From an uncultured Flavonifractor sp. (lineage in GTDB: Bacteria > Bacillota > Clostridia > Oscillospirales > Oscillospiraceae), in assembly GCA_944383125.1 (NCBI GenBank), contig CALWOK010000171.1, forward strand, positions 1-54,224: a stretch of DNA of 54,224 bases. The letters are read 5' to 3'. Numbering within the stretch: position 1 is the stretch's first letter; each line of letters begins with the position of its first letter. Below the pieces are notes generated by a model. That model had not been told where the DNA came from. It ran no database searches and saw only the letters and a list, made by a program, of their open reading frames with translations. Positions 1-9,384 of this stretch are shown piece after piece. The translations under genes were made by a program, and so were the position numbers.

Positions 1-294
1 GACGTGGTCACCGCCGGCACCGCCGTGCGGGAGTCCATTGAGCTGTTCAAGCATGTGGCCAAGGTGAACATGAAGGCGCTCATTGTCTCGGTAGACCGGA
101 TGGAGCGGGGTACCAAGGATTGCTCCACCCTGGACGAGCTGCGGGAGGACTATGGCATTGCCGTCTATCCTATTGTCACGGTTCAGGAGATCATTGCATT
201 CCTCCATAACAGGGAAATTGACGGCAAGGTGTATATTGACGATGAAATGAAGGGTAAAATGGAGGATTATTTAAAGGAGTACGGCGCCCGGTAA
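1..294 (+). CDS. pyrE: Orotate phosphoribosyltransferase, C-terminal part (truncated by the window edge)
   Basis: Frame 1 reads DVVTAGT (tail of the PRPP-binding motif) then VSVDRMERG, typical of the PyrE C-terminus. Confidence 0.85.
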   Translation, partial: DVVTAGTAVRESIELFKHVAKVNMKALIVSVDRMERGTKDCSTLDELREDYGIAVYPIVTVQEIIAFLHNREIDGKVYIDDEMKGKMEDYLKEYGAR

Positions 295-318
295 ACGTTC
301 GGAAGGGGGGATTCGGCC

Positions 319-993
319 ATGGGTACCCACGACGGCCATCGTCAGCGGCTGAAAACTGAATTTCTGGCCCGGGCCGACTCCTTTCCCGACCACAAACTGC
401 TGGAGCTGCTCCTGTTCTATGCCAATCCCCGCAGCGATACCAACCCATTGGCCCACACATTGATGGATCGGTTTGGCTCTCTGGCGGGGGTACTGGACGC
501 CACTCCCGAAGAGCTGCAAAAGGTGAAGGGTATTGGAGAACATGCCGTGGTCCTCTTCAAGGCGGCCAAGGAACTGGCGGGGCGATACCTGGCCGACCGT
601 ACCAGCATGAATGAAATCGTACGGGGCGGCCAGGACTATTATCGCCTGATGCGTCCCTATTTTTTCGGGGCCAGAAATGAGCAGGCATGTCTGCTCTGTA
701 TGGATGGAAAACATAAGGTCCTGAAGGTACACAAGCTGGGAGAGGGCAACGTCAACGCCGTCCACATCACCACCCGGCTGATTGCGGAAGCGGCCCTCGC
801 CGTCAATGCCAGCGCTGTGGTGCTGGCCCACAACCATGTATCAGGCATTGCCCTCCCCTCGGATGAGGACATTGCAACCACCCTGAGTCTGGCCCAGCTG
901 CTGGCCAGACTGGGCGTGGAACTGGTAGATCATGTGATTTTTGTGGATGACGATATGGTATCGCTGAGAGACAGCGGATATTATCGGCCATAA
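319..993 (+). CDS. radC: RadC family protein (N-terminal HhH-like region plus JAB/MPN domain)
   Basis: HDGHRQRLK start, ELLLFYA..R.DT, GIGE, JAB motif AHNHVSG..PSDED and LVDHVI. Confidence 0.9.
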   Translation: MGTHDGHRQRLKTEFLARADSFPDHKLLELLLFYANPRSDTNPLAHTLMDRFGSLAGVLDATPEELQKVKGIGEHAVVLFKAAKELAGRYLADRTSMNEIVRGGQDYYRLMRPYFFGARNEQACLLCMDGKHKVLKVHKLGEGNVNAVHITTRLIAEAALAVNASAVVLAHNHVSGIALPSDEDIATTLSLAQLLARLGVELVDHVIFVDDDMVSLRDSGYYRP

Positions 994-1021
994 GGCGGGG
1001 AACACCCCGCCTCTTTTTTTC
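994..1021 (+). terminator. Intrinsic terminator after radC
   Basis: GGCGGGG-AACA-CCCCGCC stem followed by TCTTTTTTT. Confidence 0.85.
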
Positions 1022-1030
1022 TCAGAATGG

Positions 1031-1059
1031 TTGCAATAGAACATTTGTTTTGATACAAT
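1031..1059 (+). promoter_or_regulatory. SigA promoter of uvrB with a LexA (Cheo/SOS) box in the spacer
   Basis: TTGCAA (1031-1036), 17 bp, TG-n-TACAAT (1054-1059). GAAC-ATTT-GTTT at 1039-1050 differs by one base from the Firmicute GAAC-N4-GTTC consensus. Confidence 0.8.
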
Positions 1060-1078
1060 ACCTGTACGAGGTGATGGT

Positions 1079-3037
1079 ATGCCCAAATTTGAAGTGGTCA
1101 GCGAATATCGGCCCGCCGGAGACCAGCCCCAGGCCATTGCGGCCCTGGCAGCAGGAATTGAGAACGGGCTGGAGGAACAAACCCTGCTTGGCGTGACAGG
1201 TTCGGGCAAAACTTTCACGATGGCCAAGGTCATTGAAGCGGTACAGCGTCCCACGCTGGTGCTGGCGCACAACAAAACCCTGGCCGCCCAGCTGTGTGCC
1301 GAATTCAAGGAATTTTTTCCCAACAATGCAGTGGAATATTTTGTATCCTACTACGACTACTATCAGCCAGAAGCCTATATTCCCCACACCGATACCTTTA
1401 TTGAAAAGGATTCTGCGGTCAACGAGGAGATTGACCGGCTGCGGCTGGCGGCTACCGCATCCCTGATGGAGCGGCGGGACGTTATTGTGGTGTCCTCCGT
1501 ATCCTGCATCTATGGCCTGGGTGAGCCGGAAGACTTTGCCAAAATGATGGTCTCCCTTCGGGTAGGGGCGCCCATGGAGCGGGATACACTCTTAAAAAAG
1601 CTGGTTTCCATCCGTTATGAACGAAATGACATCGCCTTTGAGCGTAATATGTTCCGGGTACGGGGTGATACGGTGGAAATCTTTCCCGCCTACTGGAAAG
1701 ACACCGCCCTGCGTGTGGAGTTCTTTGGGGATGAAATTGACCGCATTTCTGAAATCAACGTGGTCACTGGCGCAGTGATCCGGAGGCTGAACAACATTCC
1801 GGTATGGCCCGCCACCCACTATGTCACCCCCAAGGAGAAAATGGACGCCGCCATTCAGGAGATTTATCGGGAGCTGGAGGAGCGGGTGGCCTATTTTCAG
1901 CGGGAGGACAAGCTGATTGAGGCCCAGCGCATCAAGCAGCGCACCATGTACGATGTGGAGATGATGCAGGAGCTGGGCTACTGTACCGGCATTGAGAATT
2001 ACAGCCGGGTCATTGAGGGCCGGCCGGCCGGGTCGCCCCCCCATACCCTGCTGGATTACTTCCCCAAGGATTTTGTGCTCTTCATCGATGAAAGCCATGT
2101 CACCCTCCCCCAGGTGCGGGCCATGTATAACGGGGACAAGGCCCGCAAGACTGCGCTGGTGGACTATGGATTCCGGCTCCCCTGTGCCTTTGACAACCGG
2201 CCGCTGAAATTTGAGGAATTCCAGAAGCGGCTCAATCAGGTAGTCTATGTATCGGCCACGCCAGGCCAGTATGAACGGGAGCGCTCCGGTCAGATTGTGG
2301 AACAGGTCATCCGTCCCACCGGCCTGCTGGACCCCCGCATTGAGGTGCGTCCGGTAGAAGGCCAGATTGATGATCTGATCGGGGAGATCAACCAGCGCAC
2401 CGCCCGGCAGGAGCGGGTGTTGGTGACCACCCTTACCAAAAAGATGGCGGAGGATCTGACGGCTTACCTGACCAATGCCGGGATCAAGGTGCGCTATATG
2501 CACCATGACATTGACACCATTGAGCGGATGGAGATCATTCGGGATTTGCGGTTGGGTACCTTTGACGTGCTGGTGGGCATCAATCTGCTGCGGGAAGGTC
2601 TGGACCTGCCGGAAGTCAGCCTTGTTGCCATTTTGGATGCGGATAAAGAGGGGTTTTTGCGCTCGGAAACCTCTCTCATTCAGACCATCGGCCGGGCTGC
2701 CCGCAATGCCGACGGCCTGGTGGTTCTGTATGCCGATGCCATTACGCCCTCCATGCGCCGGGCCATGGATGAGACAGAGCGCCGCCGGGCCAAACAGGAC
2801 GCCTTCAACCGGGAACACGGCATTGTACCCAGGACGGTTATCAAGTCGGTACGGGATGTGATTGACCTTTCGGATGAGAAGGAAGCACTGCCCCACAGCA
2901 AAAAGGCCCTGTCTCAAAAGGAAAAGGAGGCCGCCATTGCCAAATTGGAACAAGAAATGCGGGAGGCATCCAAACGGCTGGAGTTTGAATACGCCGCCGT
3001 TTTGCGGGACCGTATCATTGAACTGCGGGGAAAATAA
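1079..3037 (+). CDS. uvrB: Excinuclease ABC subunit B
   Basis: GVTGSGKT Walker [11 protein letters not shown] beta-hairpin, DESH, C-terminal UVR domain ([13 protein letters not shown]). Confidence 0.99.
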   Translation: MPKFEVVSEYRPAGDQPQAIAALAAGIENGLEEQTLLGVTGSGKTFTMAKVIEAVQRPTLVLAHNKTLAAQLCAEFKEFFPNNAVEYFVSYYDYYQPEAYIPHTDTFIEKDSAVNEEIDRLRLAATASLMERRDVIVVSSVSCIYGLGEPEDFAKMMVSLRVGAPMERDTLLKKLVSIRYERNDIAFERNMFRVRGDTVEIFPAYWKDTALRVEFFGDEIDRISEINVVTGAVIRRLNNIPVWPATHYVTPKEKMDAAIQEIYRELEERVAYFQREDKLIEAQRIKQRTMYDVEMMQELGYCTGIENYSRVIEGRPAGSPPHTLLDYFPKDFVLFIDESHVTLPQVRAMYNGDKARKTALVDYGFRLPCAFDNRPLKFEEFQKRLNQVVYVSATPGQYERERSGQIVEQVIRPTGLLDPRIEVRPVEGQIDDLIGEINQRTARQERVLVTTLTKKMAEDLTAYLTNAGIKVRYMHHDIDTIERMEIIRDLRLGTFDVLVGINLLREGLDLPEVSLVAILDADKEGFLRSETSLIQTIGRAARNADGLVVLYADAITPSMRRAMDETERRRAKQDAFNREHGIVPRTVIKSVRDVIDLSDEKEALPHSKKALSQKEKEAAIAKLEQEMREASKRLEFEYAAVLRDRIIELRGK

Positions 3038-3063
3038 ATACTGTGACAGGAGGGTACCCTGAT

Positions 3064-4077
3064 ATGAGGTATGTAACACTTGGTAAAACGGGGCTGCAAG
3101 CGGCGGAGGTTTCCTTTGGCGGCATCCCCATCCAGCGCTCCAACATCAGCAATGCCAGGTTGGTGGTGGACCAGCTGGAGCGGTACGGGATGAATTACAT
3201 TGATACCGCCCGGGGCTATACGGTCAGCGAGGAATACCTGGGGGCTGCCCTGGAGGGCCGCCGCAATCAATTCCTTCTGGCCACCAAGTCCATGGCCCGT
3301 GACAAGGCTTCCATGGCAAAGGACATTGAAACGAGCCTGTACAATTTACGCACCGATCATATTGACGTCTATCAGATTCACAACCTGCCTCTCCATGAGA
3401 TAGATGAGGTATTTGGACCAGGCGGCGCCTGGGAGGCGCTGGAAGATGCCAAAACCGCCGGGAAGGTGGGCCATCTGGGGGTTACGGCGCATAATGCAGA
3501 CGCTCTGGCCAAGATGATCGAACTGCATGGAGATCGCATTGAAACCGTGATGTTCCCCTATAATATTGTAGAGATCCAGGGGCATGAGATCCTGAAGAAG
3601 GCCAGGGAACTGGGCATTGCCACCATCGCCATGAAGCCCATGGCGGGCGGCAATCTGGAGGACTGGAATCTGGCGCTGAAATTTATTGCCGCCTCCGGAG
3701 TAATTGATATCTCCATTCCCGGCATGGGCTCCCCTGAGGAGGCAGAGCGCAACGCTGCCGCAGCAGAACACTTTGGCCCCCTTACTCCGGAAGAACTGGA
3801 CCAGTGCGAGCGCATCCGCAAGGAGCTGGGTACCCAGTTCTGCCGCCGGTGCGGCTACTGTGCTCCCTGCCCCAACGGCATCAACATCCCAAGCGCTTTC
3901 CTGATGGCAAACTATGCCAAACGGTACGGTTTGGCGGATTGGGCCAAGAGCCGCTACAATGCCCTGCCCTACCATGCAGGCTCCTGTGTCCAGTGCGGCG
4001 CCTGTGAGCGCCGCTGCCCCTACAACCTGCCGATCCGGGACATGCTGGAAGAAGTGGCAAAGGTGTTCGGATACTGA
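3064..4077 (+). CDS. Aldo/keto reductase with a C-terminal 4Fe-4S dicluster domain
   Basis: LGKTGL..S..FGG, IDTARGY, ATK and YQIHN AKR motifs; C-terminal CRRCGYCAPCP and CVQCGACERRCP. ATG 3064 follows GGAGGG. Confidence 0.9.
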   Translation: MRYVTLGKTGLQAAEVSFGGIPIQRSNISNARLVVDQLERYGMNYIDTARGYTVSEEYLGAALEGRRNQFLLATKSMARDKASMAKDIETSLYNLRTDHIDVYQIHNLPLHEIDEVFGPGGAWEALEDAKTAGKVGHLGVTAHNADALAKMIELHGDRIETVMFPYNIVEIQGHEILKKARELGIATIAMKPMAGGNLEDWNLALKFIAASGVIDISIPGMGSPEEAERNAAAAEHFGPLTPEELDQCERIRKELGTQFCRRCGYCAPCPNGINIPSAFLMANYAKRYGLADWAKSRYNALPYHAGSCVQCGACERRCPYNLPIRDMLEEVAKVFGY

Positions 4078-4127
4078 TCTGGTATACTGGGCGGCGGATT
4101 GCTGGTATGGGCCATCTGGTGTTTTAT

Positions 4128-4155
4128 TGTTAGAATGATGTAGAATGTTTGTTCT
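4128..4155 (+). promoter_or_regulatory. Extended -10 and LexA-like box upstream of uvrA
   Basis: TG-T-TAGAAT (4128-4136); AGAAT-GTTT-GTTCT (4142-4155) has one mismatch to GAAC-N4-GTTC. Confidence 0.7.
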
Positions 4156-4185
4156 CTAAATGCGGAAGGAAAAGGAATCAACGCT

Positions 4186-7023
4186 ATGCTGGATCACATT
4201 TCTGTCAGAGGTGCACGGGCCAATAACCTGAAAAATATCGACGTGGATATTCCACGGGACAAACTGGTGGTACTCACCGGCCTGTCGGGCAGCGGCAAGT
4301 CTTCCCTGGCCTTTGATACCATCTATGCCGAGGGACAGCGCCGGTATGTGGAGTCCCTGTCCTCCTATGCCCGGATGTTTCTGGGGCAGATGGAAAAGCC
4401 CGATGTGGATTATATCGACGGCCTCTCCCCTGCCATCTCCATTGACCAGAAAACCACCTCCAAAAATCCCCGTTCTACCGTGGGTACCGTTACGGAGATT
4501 TATGACTATCTCCGTCTGCTGTGGGCCAGGGTGGGTACCCCACACTGCCCCAAGTGCGGCAAGGAGATTCAACAGCAGACCATTGACCAGATCATTGACC
4601 AGGTGATGGCTCTGCCGGAGGCCACCCGCATTCAGGTGATGGCCCCTGTGGTACGGGGCAAAAAGGGTACCCATCAGAAGATTCTGGAGGATGCCCGGAA
4701 GTCTGGCTATGTCCGCTGCCGGGCGGACGGCTTGCTGTATGACTTGACCGAGGATATTCCACTGGATAAGAATAAAAAGCACACCATAGAGATTGTGGTG
4801 GACCGGCTGGTCATCAAAGAGGATATTGCCCGGCGGCTGACCGACAGTGTGGAGGTCGCTTCCAATCTGGCCGGCGGATTGGTGGTTATCAACATTGTGG
4901 GGGAAGACCGGGACATCCTCTTTTCCCAGAACTATGCCTGTGACCACTGCGGCATCTCCATTGAAGAGCTTTCTCCCCGGATGTTTTCCTTCAACAATCC
5001 CTTTGGCGCCTGCCCTACCTGTACCGGCCTGGGCGCACAGCTGAAGGTTGATCCGGATCTCATTATTCCCAACAAGGAATTGTCCATCCTGGAGGGAGCC
5101 ATTACCGCCTCAGGCTGGAACAACATCAAAGGGGACAGCATTTCCCGCATGTATTTTGAGGCCCTGTCCAAACAGTACAACTTCAAGCTGGATACCCCCA
5201 TTGGAGAACTGCCCACAGAGATCATGGATATCATTCTCTATGGTACCAAGGGGGAAAAGCTGAAGCTGACCTATGAGCGGGAGAATGGACACGGCACCCT
5301 GATGCAGGCATTTGAAGGCATCATCAACAATCTGGAGCGCCGTTACCGGGAAACCCAGTCTGATGCCATGCGCCGGGATCTGGAGGACTGTATGAGTGAG
5401 CGCCCCTGTCCCGACTGCGGGGGCAAGCGGCTGCGCAAGGAAGCCCTTGCAGTGACGGTAGGCGGCATCAATATTGACACCTTCTGCCGCAAATCGGTCA
5501 CGGAAGCCCTGGCGTTCATTGACCACCTGGAGCTGTCCCATCAGAAAATGCTCATTGCAGACCGGATTTTAAAGGAGATCAAGAGCCGCTTGGGCTTTCT
5601 TCAAAGCGTTGGCCTGCAATATCTCACCCTGAGCCGGGCGGCGGCCACCCTGTCCGGCGGTGAAAGCCAGCGCATCCGGCTGGCCACGCAGATTGGCTCT
5701 TCGCTGATGGGGGTGCTCTATATCCTGGATGAGCCTTCCATCGGCCTCCACCAGCGGGACAATGACAAGCTGCTGGATACGCTGAAGCGTCTGCGGGATT
5801 TGGGCAACACCCTGCTGGTTGTGGAGCATGACGAGGATACCATGCGGCAAGCGGACTATATTGTGGACATCGGCCCTGGGGCGGGAGTCCACGGCGGACA
5901 GGGGGTAGCCTGCGGCACAGCAGAGGAGGTTATGAACACACCCGGTTCTGCCACCGGAGATTATCTGTCCGGCCGGAAGCATATCCCCATTCCCACTCAG
6001 CGGCGCACAGGCAACGGTCATTTCCTCACCATTCGTGGGGCTGCGGAGAACAATCTGCAACATGTGGATGTATCCATTCCTTTGGGTACCTTCACCTGTG
6101 TGACCGGTGTATCGGGCAGCGGAAAGTCATCCCTGGTCAACGAAATTCTCTATAAACGGCTGGCTTCCGACCTGAATCGGGCAAAAACCCGGGCAGGTCA
6201 GCACGACGCCCTGGAGGGGGAGGACTATCTGGACAAGGTCATTGATATTGACCAGTCCCCCATTGGCCGCACCCCCCGCTCCAACCCAGCCACCTATACC
6301 GGGCTGTTCAACGACATCCGGGAGCTGTTTGCCTCCACCCCGGACGCCAAAGCCAGAGGGTATGGCCCTGGCCGGTTTTCCTTCAATGTGCGTGGCGGAC
6401 GGTGCGAAGCCTGTCAGGGGGATGGCCTGCTCAAGATTGAGATGCACTTTTTGCCTGATATCTATGTCCCTTGTGAAGTATGTAAGGGGAAGCGGTACAA
6501 TCGGGAAACTTTAGAAGTACGCTACAAGGGCAAGAATATCTATGATGTGCTGGACATGACGGTGGAAGAAGCCCTTCCCTTCTTTGAAAATCTGCCCAGG
6601 CTGTATCATAAACTCCAAACGCTTTATGAGGTGGGATTGAGTTATGTGAAACTGGGACAGCCCTCAACGGAACTGTCCGGCGGCGAGGCCCAGCGAGTCA
6701 AGCTGGCAACAGAACTGGCCAAGCGTTCCACCGGAAAAACCATCTATATTTTGGATGAGCCTACCACCGGACTCCACACAGCGGATGTCCACAAGCTGAT
6801 TGAGGTGCTGCAAAAGCTGGTGGAGGTGGGAAATACCGTAGTGGTCATTGAGCATAACCTGGACGTGATCAAAACTGCGGACTATATCATTGATCTGGGA
6901 CCAGAGGGCGGCAGCGGCGGCGGTACCATTGTGGCTACCGGCACGCCGGAGGAGGTGGCACAGTGTGCCGCTTCCTATACCGGGCAGTATCTGAAGCGGA
7001 TGCTGGACGGAGGCCGTGCCTGA
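4186..7023 (+). CDS. uvrA: Excinuclease ABC subunit A
   Basis: Two ABC ATPase modules ([21 protein letters not shown] signatures), zinc-finger CxxC pairs, 945 aa. Confidence 0.99.
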   Translation: MLDHISVRGARANNLKNIDVDIPRDKLVVLTGLSGSGKSSLAFDTIYAEGQRRYVESLSSYARMFLGQMEKPDVDYIDGLSPAISIDQKTTSKNPRSTVGTVTEIYDYLRLLWARVGTPHCPKCGKEIQQQTIDQIIDQVMALPEATRIQVMAPVVRGKKGTHQKILEDARKSGYVRCRADGLLYDLTEDIPLDKNKKHTIEIVVDRLVIKEDIARRLTDSVEVASNLAGGLVVINIVGEDRDILFSQNYACDHCGISIEELSPRMFSFNNPFGACPTCTGLGAQLKVDPDLIIPNKELSILEGAITASGWNNIKGDSISRMYFEALSKQYNFKLDTPIGELPTEIMDIILYGTKGEKLKLTYERENGHGTLMQAFEGIINNLERRYRETQSDAMRRDLEDCMSERPCPDCGGKRLRKEALAVTVGGINIDTFCRKSVTEALAFIDHLELSHQKMLIADRILKEIKSRLGFLQSVGLQYLTLSRAAATLSGGESQRIRLATQIGSSLMGVLYILDEPSIGLHQRDNDKLLDTLKRLRDLGNTLLVVEHDEDTMRQADYIVDIGPGAGVHGGQGVACGTAEEVMNTPGSATGDYLSGRKHIPIPTQRRTGNGHFLTIRGAAENNLQHVDVSIPLGTFTCVTGVSGSGKSSLVNEILYKRLASDLNRAKTRAGQHDALEGEDYLDKVIDIDQSPIGRTPRSNPATYTGLFNDIRELFASTPDAKARGYGPGRFSFNVRGGRCEACQGDGLLKIEMHFLPDIYVPCEVCKGKRYNRETLEVRYKGKNIYDVLDMTVEEALPFFENLPRLYHKLQTLYEVGLSYVKLGQPSTELSGGEAQRVKLATELAKRSTGKTIYILDEPTTGLHTADVHKLIEVLQKLVEVGNTVVVIEHNLDVIKTADYIIDLGPEGGSGGGTIVATGTPEEVAQCAASYTGQYLKRMLDGGRA

Positions 7024-7067
7024 AAAACAGACAACCCTATGGCAGCTGCCATAGGGTTGTCTGTTTT
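7024..7067. terminator. Perfect 44-bp palindrome, probably a bidirectional terminator between convergent genes
   Basis: AAAACAGACAACCCTATGGCAG|CTGCCATAGGGTTGTCTGTTTT with A/T tracts at both ends. Confidence 0.85.
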
Positions 7068-7073
7068 CTTTTG

Positions 7074-8201
7074 TCACTGTACCCGCAGGATGGTGGCCTT
7101 TGCCAGAGAAACTTCCATTTTTTGATAATCTCCTCCGCTGTGAAATGCCGTATAGCTGAGCTGGCTGCTGCCATCCTTGCGGTCGGCCCCCAATCCACAG
7201 CAGGACAGATAGACCAGCTGTGCCCGGTAGAAGGTTCCCTGTTCCATCAACGCCTGTTCGCTGGGGCGGAGCACGCCAATGGACACACTGTCTGTCACCG
7301 CAGTTTCCCAGGAAAAGTCAGGTGCATCCCCGCTGTCAGAGTAGCCAAGCGCCCGGAGAAGAAAGGTCATATAGTTTCTGGCCTGGATTTTGGTATTGGG
7401 AGAGAAATACAGGCCGGCAGCAGGGGTGCCTCCGGTACCCTTGGTATATCCCTGCTGATAAGCATAGGCAACATAGCGGTCTGCCCACTCCGGTGTATCC
7501 AAAAAGGGATTGGGCGCCGTACTTTGCAGCGCAGCCTGCTCCTCCCCCAATAGACGGATGAACATGACCAGGGCCTCCAGCCGGGTGGGCTGCCGTTCCA
7601 GATGATAGCCGGAGCCATATGCGATATCCGTTCCCTGGAACAGTCCCATCTCATGAAGACAGTCTGCCATGGCATTGTAGTCCACAGCGCTGCTGAGGGT
7701 TGTGGTATATGGGCCTTCCAAAGAGACTACGGCGGTGTCTGAGAGGATGGTCAGCTCCATTGTGGTATTCTCCCCTGCCAACACCCGATGGTAGGCCGTC
7801 AAATTCTGTCCGGCGGGGAGGGTTTGCCCGGTTGCGGTGTCAATCACGGCGGTGCCGGTATAGCTACACTGGACGCTCCCTGCCAGCAGCATAGCCCCCG
7901 CACCGGTACTGACCAGAAGCTTGTCTCCCTTTTTATAGCGTTGGTCGGCAAAGCCGCCGCCCCCTTGTGCGGTTGTCTGGCCCAAAACAGTCTGGTGCTG
8001 CTGTTCCAGCTGGGTCAGTACCGTCTGATAGACAGGCTGCGTCAGATCTTCCACCCGCTTCTGCGTTTGCTTCAGGACCTGCTGGGTAAAGGTACCGGTG
8101 AGGTAGGCTTTTGAGATGACAGACTCATCTCCTGCGGCCAATCCCGCCACAGCCCCCGTCAAAAGGGCGCCAGTCAACAGGAGTACGGCTGTTTTTTTCA
8201 T
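7074..8201 (-). CDS. Secreted S-layer homology (SLH) domain protein
   Basis: Signal peptide MKKTAVLLLTGALL; SLH-like motifs GLFQGTD...PTRLEALVM..RLLG and PFLDTPEWADRYVAYAYQQGYTKG...FSPNTKI. Confidence 0.8.
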   Translation of the reverse strand: MKKTAVLLLTGALLTGAVAGLAAGDESVISKAYLTGTFTQQVLKQTQKRVEDLTQPVYQTVLTQLEQQHQTVLGQTTAQGGGGFADQRYKKGDKLLVSTGAGAMLLAGSVQCSYTGTAVIDTATGQTLPAGQNLTAYHRVLAGENTTMELTILSDTAVVSLEGPYTTTLSSAVDYNAMADCLHEMGLFQGTDIAYGSGYHLERQPTRLEALVMFIRLLGEEQAALQSTAPNPFLDTPEWADRYVAYAYQQGYTKGTGGTPAAGLYFSPNTKIQARNYMTFLLRALGYSDSGDAPDFSWETAVTDSVSIGVLRPSEQALMEQGTFYRAQLVYLSCCGLGADRKDGSSQLSYTAFHSGGDYQKMEVSLAKATILRVQ

Positions 8202-8830
8202 GTTTCCTCCGAGATCATATAGCTGAGTGCCAACAGGCTGTCGGCGAAGTGGACATTTTCCACGATAACACCCGGCACATTCAGACTCAGCTCTGTATTG
8301 GTAAAATTCCAGATACCACGCACACCAGCCCGGACCAACCGTCCGGCGATGGGGTTGGCCACACTGCGTGGCACCGTCAGCACGCCGATGCTGGTTGGGT
8401 GTGCGGCCAAATACTCCTCCAGTTTATCTACATGGTAGACAGGAATGCCAGAGCGCTCCTGTCCAACCACATCAGGAGATACATCAAAAGCAGCCGCCAA
8501 TACCACGCCGGAGCGATCGAAGTGGAAATTTTCCATGAGGGCCCGGCCCAGATTACCTGCACCCAGAATAACAGCGGTATGGCCCCGGTTCATGCCAAGA
8601 ATTTCTGCAATTTCTCCCCGCAGCTTTTCCACATTATATCCATAACCCTGCTGACCAAATTCTCCAAAGCAGGACAGATCCTGCCGGATCTGGGAGGCAG
8701 TCAGCCCCATGGATTTGCCCAATGCACTGGAGGAAATGCGTTCCACACCAACCAGATGCAAATCGGTCAGATGGCGGTAATAGCGTGGCAGACGCCGGAT
8801 AACCGCACTGGATACCTTTTGCTTTCTCAT
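8198..8830 (-). CDS. rex: Redox-sensing transcriptional repressor Rex
   Basis: IRRLPRYYR, ISS..LG, QIRQDLS.FGEFGQQGYGY and the GAGNLG NAD-binding motif. Confidence 0.97.
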   Translation of the reverse strand: MRKQKVSSAVIRRLPRYYRHLTDLHLVGVERISSSALGKSMGLTASQIRQDLSCFGEFGQQGYGYNVEKLRGEIAEILGMNRGHTAVILGAGNLGRALMENFHFDRSGVVLAAAFDVSPDVVGQERSGIPVYHVDKLEEYLAAHPTSIGVLTVPRSVANPIAGRLVRAGVRGIWNFTNTELSLNVPGVIVENVHFADSLLALSYMISEET

Positions 8831-8877
8831 CTCTCATCACGCCCGTTCCAGAGGGAATCATATTTTTGCTGCTCACT

Positions 8878-8906
8878 AGTTTACTCGAATCCACATCATA
8901 TGTCAA
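8878..8906 (-). promoter_or_regulatory. SigA promoter of rex
   Basis: Minus strand TTGACA (8906-8901), 17 bp, TAAACT (8883-8878). Confidence 0.7.
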
Positions 8907-8929
8907 CGGCTGGCGCCATTTCTGTGGGT

Positions 8930-8956
8930 ACGATCCTGCGGTGCAGTGCATAGACT
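8930..8956 (+). promoter_or_regulatory. Putative mother-cell (SigK/SigE-type) promoter of the sleC-like locus
   Basis: AC (8930-8931), 17 bp, CATAGACT (8949-8956) fits AC-N16/18-CATAnnnT; SD AGGAGG lies just downstream. Confidence 0.55.
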
Positions 8957-8979
8957 AAACAGAAAAGGAGGAATGCAAT

Positions 8980-9372
8980 TTGGCTTCCTATGGAACAATT
9001 CTGACCCGTGTATTTACCTCCAACGCCCAGCTGCCGGTGGCAGGGGCCACTGTGGCCTTTACCCAGCAAAGCACCCATGACGGGCGGCATACCCTGCTGG
9101 CGGTACGCATCACCGATGAGAATGGCCGTACGGCACCTGTTCAAGTATCTACTCCAGATCTTGCTGCCAGTGAAGTCCCGGGGAATGTCACCCCATTTGC
9201 GGTCTGTGACATCTGGGCGGAAGCCCCGGGCTATGAGCTGCAGTTGGTAGAGAATGTACAGATTTTCCCCGGCACGCAGACCTTGCAGATTCTTCCGTTG
9301 GTTCCCCTGGGAGAGCAGGAGGACAATTCCCTGCCGGAAGCGCCGGTGATAATCCCGCCCCAAAATCTGTAA
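8980..9372 (+). CDS. Stand-alone protein resembling the SleC N-terminal pre/pro-region (carboxypeptidase regulatory-like fold)
   Basis: TTG start with SD AGGAGG; PVAGATV, TDENGRT...TPD...S..P...PF, AEAPGY...ENVQIF resemble the clostridial SleC N-terminus as I recall it. Confidence 0.7.
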   Translation: MASYGTILTRVFTSNAQLPVAGATVAFTQQSTHDGRHTLLAVRITDENGRTAPVQVSTPDLAASEVPGNVTPFAVCDIWAEAPGYELQLVENVQIFPGTQTLQILPLVPLGEQEDNSLPEAPVIIPPQNL

Positions 9373-9384
9373 AGGAGGGTTTTT

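Noticed and set aside
319-993. radC as a marker of a mobile element or anti-defence locus; HNHVSG instead of HNHPSG
   Set aside because: Full-length chromosomal type among housekeeping genes with no mobility genes nearby; the metal-binding His/His/Asp residues are intact.
1592-3079. 495-aa antisense ORF over uvrB
   Set aside because: Shadow ORF caused by codon bias of the real gene; no motifs.
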